A stretch of DNA of 64,000 nucleotides, from positions 186,001 through 250,000 of the forward strand of contig NC_092673.1 in assembly GCF_964355755.1 (NCBI RefSeq), written 5' to 3'. A model generated the notes under the pieces. That model was not told the origin of the DNA, searched no databases, and saw only the letters and a list, made by a program, of their open reading frames with translations. This document shows, piece after piece, positions 1 to 15,320 of this stretch. Position numbers and translations under genes: made by a program. Every line of letters begins with the position of its first letter. Positions within the stretch are counted from its first letter, which is position 1. The DNA comes from Antedon mediterranea (lineage: Eukaryota; Animalia; Echinodermata).

Positions 1-56
1 AAGAATGCACATACAATGGAATGCTTTGTTGCATTGACTTTATATATTTACATATC

Positions 57-280
57 TTTCTGCTGCATAACGCAATTTAACCGGTTATTTTAAAATAGAT
101 TAAAAATAGATAACAATAACAAGACCGCGTTTCTGCTCAATTTGTGCTCCGAAATAACCGGTTAAATCTATGGGTGGTCGTCGACCAAAACGTCATCATT
201 ACCCAAAATGCAATACACTCAGACGGAAGTAGAAGTTGGCTGTTTGTTTACATCGACGTCGTGAGTACACACGTGTGTAT
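57..280 (+). mobile_element. DNA-transposon-like end sequence rich in AACCGGTT; inverted copy at 49761-49985
   Basis: Near-identical to the reverse complement of 49761-49985; the AACCGGTT motif recurs at ~1440-1650. Confidence 0.7.
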
Positions 281-514
281 TATATCGCCAAACATCTCAC
301 TCAAACATGTTAAAAAAATAAAATGTTGTCTCCAGGTCTACAAGTTTTGTTTTTTGTAAAGCCTACTTACATCGCTAATAAAATTAATTCTCATGGCGCC
401 TTCAATAACATGATGGGGAGGGTCGTGAAGCGCCCGATCGCCTAAACTAGGATAATTTTTATCCTCAACAAAGGCGATGACATACGGCCCTTCCCACGTG
501 AACGACTGTTGTCT

Positions 515-1157
515 TTCGCGAGCGCGGTCCTACAAAACACCAAACGGAAACAAAAACGAGACTCAGAATGTTGCAATACTTACCAAACGAGAGTAGATAA
601 TTGTTAATTAATTATGAAAACCCAACTTTTATAGCAAAAATCGTCCGAATTTATGTTAAAAACGATGAGTTTAGCCACAAAAACTTAAATCAAACGAGAG
701 TATCCAAGTCATAGAATATCGCACGCATATAGTGCCTTTAATAAAATAATGAGTATTGAACATTATTTCGTATATTTATGTACTAACATAAATAATAACA
801 CATTTCTATGCTTAATAAAATCATATCAATTATCAAAGGCTCTGATTACCTTTGTTTTCGGTCGATGTGATGTTTTTCTAAAAAATTATATTATGTAAAA
901 CGATCAAAGTAAGAATGTTCATTGTTCTCCTATTAAAGGCACTAAAGGCATGCCATAAATACGCTCGTTTGGATTAAGTTTTTGTTGCTAAATTCATCGT
1001 TTATAACATAAATTCGGATGATTTTTGCTATAAAATTTGGGTTTTCATAATTAATTAACCATTATCTACTATCGTTTGGTAGGTATTTGCAACATTCTGA
1101 GTTCCTTTTGTTTCCGTTTTGGTGTTTATATAGGAGACCATCCATACCCTTCGCGAG
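515..1157. mobile_element. Foldback/MITE with ~230-bp imperfect inverted arms
   Basis: ~515-743 is the reverse complement of ~931-1157 (e.g. CTCAGAATGTTGCAA/TTGCAACATTCTGAG and TAGTGCCTTTAATA/TATTAAAGGCACTA). Confidence 0.8.
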
Positions 1158-2689
1158 CGTGTACTAACGCCTCAAATTGCTTAGCTTGGGTAGTCCCCGG
1201 AACTCCACCCCAAACTCCTCTTTTACTTTCGCAAAAATGCTCTTATTTATTATCTGTGATTCTTTTATATTCCCTGCCATCCTTCCCCGTACTTTCTCTC
1301 CCCCCACAACTGAATAACATATCTTGTGATTTCATTCATCCACATACATGTTCACTTCTTCGTTCGACTGTCAAAACCACGAGGAAAACACACATCGTAT
1401 GCGACGGTATCTGACCCGGGGTCACAACTGTCAATCAAATAACCGTTATTTCGTGTTGCAGCTAAGAATTGCTCAGCGATAACCGGTTAAACGGCGTTCT
1501 AACACCGATTTAAATTGGTGTTTTTAACCGGTTATTTTGCGCTGCCTTTTAACCGGTTACCACAAATGTGTCCTGTTTCTGCTGCCAAGAAAATGGAGTT
1601 AATTTATTCACACTGATTTTAATTTATTCACACCGATTTTAACCGGTTATTTAGTCTTACTCTTAGTAGAACATTTTCCAAACTCTCCATTTAGAGAGTT
1701 GGCCCTAATGCAAATAGATCGATATTGGCGTTTGATGTCACTTTCATTTGAATTTTACTTATAAATTCACAATATATTATAAGATAAAATCATATACAAA
1801 TCATCAACAAAAACATTTCGGTATGATATTGCACCGTTTTTAATGATAATATCAATGTATGCCACTATAATATAATCTATTGTCCACTTCTTTGTTTTTG
1901 TTTACTAACGAGATACACTAATCATCGTCATTTTCAATATTACACATGTTTTCATTTTAATCGACCTAATGTACAGTAGTTTATAGCCGGAAAGTACAAA
2001 AATAGGATATCTGTTCTGGCGTCTTGGTATTCTCAAATCACTTAGCGATAACCAGACATCATTTTATGGAAGTGAACATCTTCAATTTAAGATGTTTCAA
2101 ATTAAAGATGAGCATACGACACGATGATTTCTCTTTCATTTCGTTACTGTATAATATTCCCTTATGAACTCTTTGTGCTAATTGTAGAATAATATTCAGC
2201 AACAATACATGTAAAGTGCAACGTCATTAATTCAATATTAATTTTACTCCTATTTTTAACCTACAATTACCATTAATTTGGAGACTTCCTCGTTTGTTGT
2301 TTTTGTTATTTATATTTAAATGAAAATGAAAGAACTACAATCGAATAACATTTTCATTTTTACAATAACCATTGCAATGTTATTTTAACATTGATTATTG
2401 TCATACAATTATTAATATGATTGATTATTTTACCATTGTCATTCTTTGGCGTCAATGTTGTACATTAAAACAAGGATAACACTTTGTAAAGTTATTACAA
2501 TATCGTTTGATTGGCGAAGTTAAATCTGACCGAAATCTGACCTATATTGTTTGTGTCATGGTCATGATTATTGTAGAGTGGCGAGGTAAAATTAAACTTA
2601 TACAGGAGAAATTACCAGTAATTTCGATTTTATAGAAACTCTAGTACATATTGTTTGAACTAAACAAGCCAATATTACAGTTTATACTA

Positions 2690-3050
2690 TAGAATCAACA
2701 CCTGAAATCGCCTATACCTTTATATCTTATAACATGTATTCCGTTCTTTAAAATATGATATTGTTTCGAAAATAAAACCATATTTAGGAAGACAAAGCGT
2801 GCTTGGGGGTATAATAATTGTCGGAAAACTATAAAGAAAGACAAGGTAATGTTTGGTAGGTCAATGTGTAATGTATCCTTAATTATCGATAGGTTTAAGA
2901 TGAGTATCTTAAGATTTCCACGAATTAGGTTCCACATTATCAAAATTACTGAAGTATTGGATATGGAGCTCAAAGCATATATGTTGTCTGTGAATGTTAG
3001 ACAATTTAAAGTCATGAGGTTCACTTAAATGAAGATGTGACAATATCATA
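2690..3050 (-). mobile_element. Highly decayed LINE 3' remnant
   Basis: Residual ...PQAR...IRYKG.. motif at a position typical of L2-type ORF2 C-termini; heavily degenerate. Confidence 0.35.
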
Positions 3051-4799
3051 ATAGAAAGCAGATCCCGTATACATGTCCTAGATTAGTATCTGTCATTCTA
3101 AAACTATAATATCAATTTCCTGAACGCGATTGTAATTTGTCAAGAAAATGCAATTAAAATGTTTATTGAAACATTTCCATTGAAAAACAATAAAAATGAT
3201 AATAAAAAAACTATTACTTTATTGCTCCATTGCTTTTAAACACGGTTATTTATTTTATGCTTTTATGCTTCAATTATGCTTTCAAATGTATTATGTGCTC
3301 CTGGCGCCGCATCTTTCCTGCACGGTAATACTCTAACCAGGGAACGTATGACTAACACTATAATGGATAGATATAGGCTAATAGATTATAGGTGAATTAC
3401 GTATATACCTAATTAATCATATGCACTTTGAATATTATCAGTAAATTTATATATTTGTGAATCAAGACGTTTTACATCGATTTGAAGTACTTCCGACTGA
3501 ATCCTTTCTTCTTTGAGACAAAATACACCAAAAGAGAATGTAAAGAAACAATGATACTTATTATTCGGTACAATGTCCATAGGTCTAACGTGGTAATGTT
3601 TGTTTTGTTCATCGTATATTCAAACAGATATGGAGGATAATGTTCATTACTAGTAAGATTAAAGTTCCAACTTGTAGGTTTTATCAATAAACTGTGACCC
3701 ATGTCGTTTTTAATATTAGCGACATTCGTTCGTTTTATGTTCTAATATCTTGCTATAATCAGTCTATTGAACACGTGATACCATGCATTATTATGTTTTA
3801 ACCAATATATTTGCGCACCAAAGAAAGAGTAGAAGTAGTTAGGATGTAAGATATATTTGCCATCAGAGGGTTCGACATAATATTGAGGTTATTTTCAATA
3901 GGCCTAACAGAATTGTTAACGAATTCCAGTTACGCATGTATAAGCATTGAATAATCCTGGATTGAATGAATGGTTTTCGATTTGACACAAAACACGTTCA
4001 CGGTATCGCTGAGAACTGAATAACACGCGTCTTTGTCTTGCGTGATTCGTTCATAATTAATTCATAAAGATTATTAATGAATACATCTCAATCAACTTCA
4101 ATCTGTCTAAACCTTAATAATTTTGTATCTTATTGTAAATTAGTTTCCCAGCCTAATTAATTGGATATAATCCAGTATTTCAATTCTGTACACGTACCAC
4201 GTTCGCGTATAAACAAAAATGTTCTCATCTTTAGACAATAGAGTTAATATAGAGATTTGGGTGATTCAATAGATAAACACTATGAGCGAGAGAGTACTTT
4301 TTCGCTTCTTGCGACATTTAACTCGAGAATACGTCAATTTAAACGATGAAATAAATTAATAGACTTTTAAATGGAAGCAACTATTTAGGCTTAAGAATAT
4401 CTACAAACATTGGTAGCACCATTGTTCGAAGAATAACCTTAAATACGACAACTATTATTTTAGCTCGAGTATATTTGGTTGTTAGCATGTACTTTGCTAA
4501 TGTATCATGACATACATCAGCAAGTACCACTGAAGTAGAACATGCTTGTTTTACACTTAATGCACATTGATATGGTTTAGTGTACGCAAAGTGCCACAAT
4601 AATAAATTAAGTAATGCCCTACTTTTGAGAAAGTCTAAAAATATTCAAACACAGACGCTTTATCTGTATATATGATCTTATTCCTCCAGGATGTAAAAAG
4701 ACAGGGAAAGGTGATTCTGATTATTTTTTCAAAGTTTGCTCTACAAATTTGATGTGCGCGCGCACCCAAAAACCCGTACTTTTATTATCAATAATAATT

Positions 4800-5730
4800 A
4801 GTAGTGTGAGCGTATTGTTATTTGACAAATTGTAATGTCTATGCTTATTATTTCTAAAATTAACGGTAGGCTTCGTTTCCTTTAAAGGCATAAACAATGT
4901 TTATCTCTATCTTCCAGAAAACAGTTATGTTCCGCACTAAGTCAGTGCTTATTTGACTATGGTGCCTGTTCTTGGTATTCCAATCTAAATAAATATCTTA
5001 AACGTAAATTGCATTAATCAGAATAAGATGGCACGCTTTATTCTGGGTGCTAATTATATGTTTCATATTGGTCTCGGTACCTTAATGTTAAGACTAGAGT
5101 TAAATATCTTAGGTTATGTCATGTTTTTAAAATTGTTCATAACCGACACGCCTCTTACATGTATTCACAATTTTCTAGAGTCTGTAATTGTCATGGTCAC
5201 ATCACCCGGAACAGTATATACAACTTTATTGTTCACAATGCTAGGGGTATCGAATCTAAAGCTTTCTACAATATAGGAATCAAGGACTGGAATGCTCTTC
5301 TCAATGATCCAAAATCCATCAATAATCAATCTATTTTTAAAATTAAATTAAGAAAGTATCTCATCGCTGATATTCCTATCTGATTTTATATATTCCGGTT
5401 TTATGATATTGTTGCTCTTCACTTTATATATATTTTTTTTTTTACTTTTTTTATATTACGTTTTTAACATTTTATATGTGATTTTTTATTATGTCTTTCA
5501 CATTTCCATATGCTTTTCTTATGATCCTTGTTCACTTTCACATCTCAGATTTCTCTTGCAATGGACCCCATTGGAAATAAATTGACATGTCGATTTTATG
5601 GGTCGTCCTTGCACCCATTCACTTTGGTTTTAATGAATTTTATTATTTTAATTATTTTGTATTTTTTCTTTGTTATGTATTTTAAATGTATTGTTGAATG
5701 GATGCTAAATGAATAAATGAAAAAAAAATA
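4800..5730 (+). mobile_element. Decayed CR1/L2-type LINE 3' end
   Basis: Broken frames read SKINGRLRFL, LFDYGACSWY, QNKMARFIL, HGHITRNS...FYNIGIKDWNAL, followed by a T-rich 3'UTR, AATAAA and a short A tail. Confidence 0.75.
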
Positions 5731-8700
5731 TGCTGTGTTTCTCTAAGCATTACCGCCTATCGATAATATTCATCAGCACCTAGATTTCATACGGTTACTA
5801 ATATCGACACTCTCATATGATCAGGCATCGACTCTTTTGTAGATATAAAATGGACTACAAATTAAGTCATTGAGTCGTTTCGAGTTTACAATGAGAAGAG
5901 TTTCGTGCTGTTCACGATGTCGTGATAACTATATATATATATACTAGTCCATTATTATCAAGATTGTTAAAAATGGGAGTGATTAGTGGAGGAAACAAAT
6001 CTTACTAATAGGTACCAATATATGCATCAACTTCAAATACTATAAACTTGTTGATCTACTTTCAATAAGAGTTTTATCTGAATTGGCACCCACAACCTCC
6101 TGTCGTTAATGCTTATACACCCATACAAGGCTGTAGTCATATAAGATACCTCACAGAACATATACTTTAGGTAGGAAGTTCGAACAAGGCTGTACTCATA
6201 TAAGAGATCCTGTATAGTTTCCCTAGTTCTTCTTTTATGCATGTCATTACTAGTTGTTCTGTGTGTTAAGCTGTAAAGACTTTTTTAATAAGCTACACTA
6301 AAGTGAATCCATTAAAATCGATTGTCAAATCCAATCAATAGTATATGGCTGATTGCTGTGTTAATGTTCCGTTTCCTTCCTATTGACAGATTACACCGCT
6401 ACATCAGCGTCATTTATAGGAATTACGTTCTACGATTATTCATTTATTAATATCGGAATTTAGTAGTATATTAGTCGGATCGACTTATTAAAGCTTAATC
6501 CACTGGAGATTATTGTACAGATTTGCAGCTTTATTTTTCGAATTCATGTTTTCAGAATATTTTTGTAATTCACCTTCATGTTAAGCCTAATGGGTTCAAT
6601 CAATTTAGAGTTGCTTCAATCCTTTATATCGTGTCATATGGCCTACTCAGCCTTTCGGAATTAGTTATCAATGAACGTGAAGATCAAGTAAAATACACGG
6701 ACATCAATTTAAATTAAATAAAGTTCAGTTGAAACATTTGGCTGGCTAACTAATAACCTTAGTACACATGATAAATGGTATCTAATAGACCAGGTGATAA
6801 GGCGTGAGATTTGAGGGGCATTGCATCCGTTTGAATACTGACTTTATTTTTCGCTCAACCTCACGATTAATGTGCGAATAACGATTGCAGAACAATTTTA
6901 ATCTATTATTCACAAGAAAAACAAATCTAATATGTCAGATACGATGGATAAAGCGAGACTATTAATACATTGTAGGAACAGGTGTTACTTTAACAGTACA
7001 CAATCGTTAATAGTTTGACAGAATATATCTATTATTTTCTCTGTCTTTATTAAAAGTAAAAACAATTAATTTGTAATACTCGACATGTCAGAATAATAGA
7101 AACAGATTGCAGACACGAATGTAAGAGCTTGATGATCTTGAGAAGTGAACGATGATATTGATAAAACACTAAAACCAGCGATACTCAAGTGTTTTAAAGT
7201 CGCGACTAATATTTTACTGCCCATAAGCTTAAGCTTTAGATGGGACTATAGTCTGGGATGATCTTGTTTAATATTTGTTTGTTGACCATACACTGTACAC
7301 ATTGGAGTTCATGCTTTTAAAATACAAATAAGTTAAGATACGTTACTACTAAAGCTTTTCATTGATTTTGATAAACTTCCCTGTTCGAATTCGGAGGAAA
7401 TTTTAAATGGCGTACTGTAAGCCTGAGGAGGATTCGATCCCAATTACAGAATTAGTCAATTAGCGCATGCGCATCATCTAAATATTAAATTTGAACTACA
7501 GCATTCTATGATTATGAAATATGCGTACATATTATGAAATATGCGTACAGAAAGACTATTAGGTATGGTGTTTTGTTTTGAACTGTTTTAACATTCTTTA
7601 TCTCTTGTATGTTGTAAATTTCTGTTATAATAACTGCCCCGAATGGGAAGAATACGGGTTATCTCACATTATTTCGTATGAGAAAGTAATTTAAATGTAT
7701 AAAACAGGTAGAAAAACATCTTTTCATTATTAATAATTTGATTCTCAGTTGTATACTTTTCTTTTTAAAACGGACATTATTGTTGGAATACATCAGGGCT
7801 AATTGTTATTAGCCTTGAATGCAAACGGCGGTATATTTGAGGAATGAGACAAAACACCGCTAAAACAATGTAAACGTTTACTTAACTTATATGTTATTAT
7901 ATTATAACACAAATGATGATAAATACGATGTGTGGTACATAATGTCCTATTTGACGTCCACAGAATATACTCATGATTGAACATCACATGCCATCCGCCA
8001 AATGACGTTCCATAAGTCATGTATTGTAATGTTTTACAAGATGCCGACAGATTCGAGTGACAATGTATGAATTACTTTAGACGCATTAGGTATTTTGAAA
8101 ATGTCTTCTTTATCAAAAATGTTTAACTGGTGGATGTGATTGTTTTGTTTTTTATTCAATGAAGCAAGTGGAATCGCGATTCTTTCCGGCAATCCTGCAA
8201 GGTTTTCTAATTTTCAAAATTTATCCTAGGGTGCATACTTTTTCATTTTCCGTTCAAATAATTACAATTTTTATTTCAATGTTCTATTCGTTAACCTGGG
8301 TATACATTTGTATAGTAGGTCTAGCATGTTTAACAAGGGTGTTTAATTAAGTTCGAATACAGTTAGCATGCACACAACATGTTTGTAGTAGTAAACATTC
8401 GGAATTTCGATGAATTTCGGTATATTTTGTCTCAAACTATACTGTACTCTAGGGGCACGTAACTTGTTTGCCGTATTAAACATTCGGAATTTCGATGAAT
8501 TTCAGTATATTTTGTCTCAAACTATCCTGTACTCTAGGGGCACATAACTTCAGTGTTTGGGAGCGTAGCATAATCACGTGTGAATTAATTAATTGATTAG
8601 AAAATCAATCGTTATAAAAGCATTTTGTGTTATTTTGCTGTTGAATAATGCCTCGGTGACTTCGTGATCAACAGTTAATTACAACTAATGCTTTGGATCA

Positions 8701-10185
8701 GTTTTAATAGCTCATTCATGTAGTCACATAATAAGATTAGTAATGCCTATCATTTCCACCAAACAAGATAGAGTAATTTCTTATTTTTAATCACTTCATG
8801 CATTTTATATTCTATTTTCCGTACAGCACTGCAATTACGTAATTGTCATTGTCACTAGCCAATAGTTTGTATCTATAATTGTATGGCGCTGTATCTCGTC
8901 CATTCGACGTGCTGGAGACGGTTCTCTACACTCTGTATAGATATTTTGGTAGCAAGTGTGTGAACATTACTTACATTGCTTCTACCAGCTCTCATCATTA
9001 AACCGAATTTTAAGTTATCTCACACTGCTACTTTATTTTTTATATTGAAGTTAAATAGGCTTCTACCGTTCATTGAAGTATTATTCGTGAAAATGTTAAC
9101 TAATTTAGGTGTCACATTGAAATTAAGCATGGAACATCGTTAAACCCTACGAGTGTTATGGTAAAATACACTAATTGTTACCACGATATGTTTATGTGAC
9201 GCATGTAGATAGAATAAACAAAGACTTACAACATTGTCTTATTAACGTCATTATAAAAACAATTTGTATCGAATGTCTTTCACAAATTATTTGAATTTAA
9301 TTTGTTTTCCAAGTTGAGAATCACGAAAACATTGTGACCTAGCATTTGTTTGTATATAGCATGACCTTATCCTTCCCATAATCCTTCTCTTGTTCCTGTT
9401 CTTCTTCTCTTTCTCTCTTTAAGAAAGACAAATTTACCTCGGCATTGAACCAATAATATCTCAATAAATACAGATATTACTGTGAATATATGCTCTATAT
9501 TATAAATTACTGTATTGTATTCTCGTGCGTCCTGTTTAGTTTAACAGATGATGACATGGGCAGCAACCAATAACATAGGAGTTGAACATAGAAAACAGAC
9601 AAAATTGGAATATGACATAATAATCGTGTTGTTACGACGTCACTGTGATGAAATCTCAGAAATGTTTTTATATTCCACTAACGCATTAAATACGGATTAG
9701 AATTATTAATCAATTCGGATTACCTGATACACCATTTTTAATGTTGATGCATAAACATTTCATAACTGCGTAATCTAGTCCATCATAAATGAGATTAATC
9801 TTAATAGCATAAATGTGTGGAATATGTGAGTGATTGTGCTGCAGCTATTGTATTAATAACGTAGCAGTGTAGCAAGGGATACTTCAAGATAGTATATTGA
9901 GTTATGAAGTAAAAATGCAGCGTAAAGGATACATCATAAATAATACATGAATAATAAGCATGAACGGTCTATTTAAATAAACTGTTTCTGGTTTCGTCTT
10001 GTCATATGTTGTAAGGACCAGAATTAATTTGGCCTGGCATTGAAAGGTCCATTATATTATGTTATTATATTAAGTGGCGGAATATTAAATTTGTAGTAGT
10101 ATAATTAGTACGTAAAAACGGTCATATCGAACTATACTTACAATATCTATCATTAATAATCATTTATTTATTATTTAATTCACAG

Positions 10186-13100
10186 GAAACTTTGATGAAA
10201 GTTCGGAGAGCACAAAGTGCTCGAGTTTTAGCAAAATTGGTAAGTTTTATTTATTGTATTAATATTTTTTGATTGGTTGTGTTCTATTACAAACATAATT
10301 TTTAAACTTACTCTGAATTATTAAAACATTAATTGCATTTATTTTGAGAATGATGGTTAAGGTTTACCCAGTATCCATTTACACTTCTAATTATTAAGGT
10401 TATATTACCTTTACTTTATTATATTAACATGCGTCACCTCTTCAATTCTGTATGTAATGAGGCTTAATAGACAAATATAAAATCCCTCCATGATGATGTT
10501 TTGGTATTGATGTCCCTAGCGACCATTTTACAAAAAGAAACCTAAATAAGAGCACATGGACCATATAAGTTGATTATACTATATTTATTACTTTAATAAA
10601 CTAATTATATAACACAATATGGTTTGTAAATAATTTTTATTAATGATTATTGCATTTGTCTGAAAGCTGGAATGTTACTTTAAACAGATTCAACATGAAT
10701 GTCACCGAGTTATAAATAACTCAATGGTAATAATACACACAAGTTTACATACAAATATTCTCATAAACGCTTATTGACTTTCTCATAATGACCATCAAAT
10801 ACATCCATGCTCCTAGTAACCGGAGGGACTTGGTAACGTTACTCTGGAATGTTTTTAATCTGTCACTTGAATGTATGTGTAATTATATTTTGATGGCTAG
10901 TACCTAATGGCGGTTATTAGTCGGCTCAGCAATGCAGTCGTATTAATCAAGCACAAGCCAGTCTATAAATGAAATTGTGACATCATCATCCAAGTGTACG
11001 CACCCATTCGTGTGTGACTTAACGTAACGCACTCGATTATTTCATATCAGTTATACCACCGTCATGACGGGTTATTTTGGGTTAGCAACCGCAGGGCCCA
11101 TGTAGCGATGATGACAGCGACGAAAACTTGTAAATAAATACGATAATTGTATAAACATAGATGTATAGCAATTATCATTGAATCTTTAATTGACAGCATT
11201 ACCACCCATTAGTATTTATTACTTTTGTCACAGAATACATGCAAATGATTATTTTGACGTATCGTGTTTTTCATAGCTAAAAATAAAATAATTTTATTTT
11301 GCGGTTGAAATGATTTATCTTTTACTCTAGTCTTCTGAATCATAATTATTTATTTATTTATTAATCATATATTTGGAATATAATCCCACAAAATTGTACA
11401 CAAGGTACATTTATTTTATTAACTCTCACCGTACGTTATAGTATTATTAGAAATAAAGCACAGAACAAAAACAAACGCAAATTTTTTTTGAAAAATGTGA
11501 AATTCTTAAAATGTCCTGAAAAGGGCATTTTTAACTTTCAAAGCTTGCGTACGCAAAAAAACCTAATCTTCACAATTTTGCTGATGATACAGGAAGATGA
11601 TCCTTGACATGAAGCCTACATGTGTCCAAGTTTCATTTCAAAAAGGCTTTTAGTTTTTAAGTTATAGTCAATTTAAGAATTTCAAAAAATCTCCAGAGAG
11701 CTGATAGCCTAATATAAATGTTTACAAAAAAAATTGATATGAATAGACTAAACAACCAAACTTATAGTCCAAACTCCATTCGTAGAATAAACGCGTTATG
11801 TATGAATCTGGTCGTCGGCAACAAATAAAACCGTTGACGAGGGTGGCGGGGTGTTACAAAAGGAACATAAATTTGTGTGACGATAGAGAGGGCGCTCTTC
11901 AATTTAAACTAATAAAGACGGCATCGGCGTTGAGCCACAAAGTAACTAACACACTGGAATTGTACTATGGTTATCACTATGTCAATTTTTATTATTTACA
12001 TCGTAATTCAACAAAAGTACGTCAACATCTGCCTTCTTAGACATTGTTTGTACTTTGTAGTACTTTCTACCAAACGAGTTACAGCAATAGGGAGCTATAA
12101 CGACTAATTAAGTTTAATCGTAGATTCTAGATTCCTTGTTTATTGTTATATCTTCAACCTCTTTAAATTTAAATTATCTAAACTGTACACAACACTACAA
12201 ATATAAAATGTATTTCAGTAAAAAAAAATATTTTTAAAATTAAACAAATAAAAAATACTTGTTGCATTAGAGTGCATCATATACGCCTTCTGTTTAACCG
12301 GTTATATGAAGTCAATCAACCTATCAGTGAATGTACTGTTTGTACAGCGTTTAATGCATAGAACATGAAAGAGGAAAATACTGCAACAGGATAAACATCA
12401 ATTGGTAAATTGATGCACATAATTTCACTATCATAATTACCTAATTTTTTACTAATTATTTGTAATATAGTAATATATGCATACAATTTTAAACTAAAAC
12501 AAACATGGGAAGTAATAATTCGACATTTTTGTCTGATCACATCAGCAGAAGGAATAATAAACTTGTTATAAGTAAATATTCAGTATTCAAAATACACTCT
12601 TTATGTCTGTAAATCTATCATCACGATAAAAGCTGTAATTAGTGATAATATGTCCATCAACTCGTTCACACAAATCAAGCGGTCAGTAAAACGTTAATAA
12701 TGACGATGAACTCAAGCTAGGAAGAGATGACTAGTTATTGTATTAATTAATCAAAGCCACGGGAGCAGCTGAAAGAGGCTTTCAATGACTGAACTGCTGA
12801 AGATATAAAGCATTCGCAAAACAATAACATCAGTAATATTAAATAATCTGTGTTATTACTTAGTAACACATAAATAACGTAAATTATTGAAAGCTTGTAT
12901 GTCTGTAACAAATACAATGCAAATGTCAGTTATCTATTCAGACGTACAAACATAAAAGAAACTGTGGTCGTTTCTTTATCTTGCGGTAATTTATTATTCA
13001 AAAATAAACTTGATTTTAGACCTATATTTAAAGGAATAAACATACACCTCAAATGTAATGGAGGCCCTGTTTACTAATTTAATCGTTTTATCGTCATTAA

Positions 13101-14915
13101 AACCGTCGTATAAAGCTCTCAGTGTGATATTGTAGTTCACAACTGATCACTAAAACTATCAAAGTGGTTTACATTTGGGAACAGATGACGCACTCAACTC
13201 TCTGCTTCTTAATTTGGTATCATTACACCAATAATATTAACGACTTTATGTACATTTTCTAAATGCAATGCACGTAATATCAAAACGTTATTGGTAATAA
13301 TGTTTTAATAAATATATGATGCGGAGATATGAATTGAATAATATTAATAGTATTGAAATTATTGCCCGTCTGCTTAGATGTGTATTTATATAAATTATGC
13401 AGATAAACTTGCACTGCAACTGTATCAATATTAAACAATACATATTATATATTCTATTCTTCTATGAAAATACGTTGAATTTAAAAGTTTATTTTGTTAT
13501 TTAGTTTTATCATTAAACATTGACAGAAATATTAATTTATAGTATAATAAAATAATATTGCTGCTGCTGTAAAATAATTTAACAACACCACAAGGATGAA
13601 TAGATTTCATTTTATTATGCTGTTAAATTCATTTGCACTTGCGATTGTGAAAATTAATGGAACATGTGGTGTACATAGAATAGGTTATGCTTAGACAGGT
13701 ATTTTGAGGTGGCCATTAGGCCTATAAACGGTGAATTGTAAGACATAGGGTGACGTACGTATCACGAGGGGTGGCCATTAGGCCTATAAACGGTGAATTG
13801 TAAGACATAGGGTGACGTACGTATCACGAGGGGTGGCCATTAGGCCTATAAACGGTGAATTGTAAGACATAGGATGACGTACGTATCACGAGGGGTGGCC
13901 ATTAGGCCTATAAACGGTGAATTGTAAGACATAGGGTGACGTACGTATCACGAGGGGTGGCCATTAGGCCTATAAACGGTGAATTGTAAGACATAGGGTG
14001 ACGTACGTATCACGAGGGGTGGCCATTAGGCCTATAAACGGTGAATTGTAAGACATAGGGTGACGTACGTATCACGAGGGGTGGCCATTAGGCCTATAAA
14101 CGGTGAATTGTAAGACATAGGGTGACGTACGTATCACGAGGGGTGGCCATTAGGCCTATAAACGGTGAATTGTAAGACATAGGGTGACGTACGTATCACG
14201 AGGGGTGGCCATTAGGCCTATAAACGGTGAATTGTAAGACATAGGGTGACGTACGTATCACGAGGGGTGGCCATTAGGCCTATAAACGCTGAATTGTAAG
14301 ACATAGGGTGACGTACGTATCACGAGGGGTGGCCATTAGGCCTATAAACGGTGAATTGTAAGACATAGGGTGACGTACGTATCACGAGGGGTGGCCATTA
14401 GGCCTATAAACGCTGAATTGTAAGACATAGGGTGACGTACGTATCACGAGAGGTGGCCATTAGGCCTATAAACGGTGAATTGTAAGACATAGGGTGACGT
14501 ACGTATCACGAGGGGTGGCCATTAGGCCTATAAACGCTGAATTGTAAGACATAGGGTGACGTACGTATCACGAGAGGTGGCCATTAGGCCTATAAACGGT
14601 GAATTGTAAGACATAGGGTGACGTACGTATCACGAGGATTGAGTTCACATCTTTTTGTTTTTAAGGATGAAAATGTTTACTTTTTACTCTATAGGCCTAA
14701 TTATTCGTTTTGTCCTCACTCTAACAATAGTTAAGGAGTTTTAATGTATATGCACATAATTTTATCATTATTTTGTATTATCTTATTTTGAACAGTTAAA
14801 AGATTACGCTGAGAAAGTCATGTTTGATTCCGATGGTGATTATATACAGAGGCATCATGCTGGTGATAATCAAGAATACTATTCAGGCTTTGACCCGCGG
14901 TGGTACGAAGGATAG
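10186..14915 (+). CDS. Candidate exons of an unidentified small gene (10186-10239 and 14796-14915)
   Basis: A 54-nt exon with a T-rich CACAG acceptor and G|GTAAGT donor (ETLMKVRRAQSARVLAKL), and an exon after a T-rich AACAG acceptor open for 39 codons (LKDYAEKVMFDSDGDYIQRHHAGDNQEYYSGFDPRWYEG*). A phase-1 reading is also open. No upstream exon was identified. Confidence 0.4.
13706..14637. repeat. 62-bp minisatellite, ~15 copies
   Basis: Unit GGCCATTAGGCCTATAAACGGTGAATTGTAAGACATAGGGTGACGTACGTATCACGAGGGGT; copies nearly identical. Confidence 0.97.
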
Positions 14916-15050
14916 GTTATGTTTAAAGTTGTAAAGACAATTTTGGATTCGACTCAAACAGGCTGAACATTCTTCAAGGATTGCAGCTAGCTCATCACAT
15001 TCCGTTCATTATGTTTATTATAGCCTGACCAGCAATCGGATCGTACCAAG

Positions 15051-15320
15051 TTACTGAAGCTACTGCAGTATCTGAGATGCTGAGACACTGAAGTTACTGC
15101 AGTATCTGAGATGTTGAGATACTGAAGGTACTGCAGTATCCGAGATGCTGAGATACTGAAGGTACTGCAGTATCTGAGATGTCTGAGATACTGAAGGTAC
15201 TGCAGTATCCAAGATGTTGAGATACTAAAGGTACTGCAGTATCTGAGATGTCTGAGATACTGAAGGTACTGCAGTATCCGAGATGCTGAGATACTGAAGG
15301 TAACTGCAGTATTTAAGATG
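15051..15320. repeat. ~33-34-bp minisatellite, ~8 copies
   Basis: Variants of TACTGAAGGTACTGCAGTATCTGAGATGCTGAGA. Confidence 0.9.
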
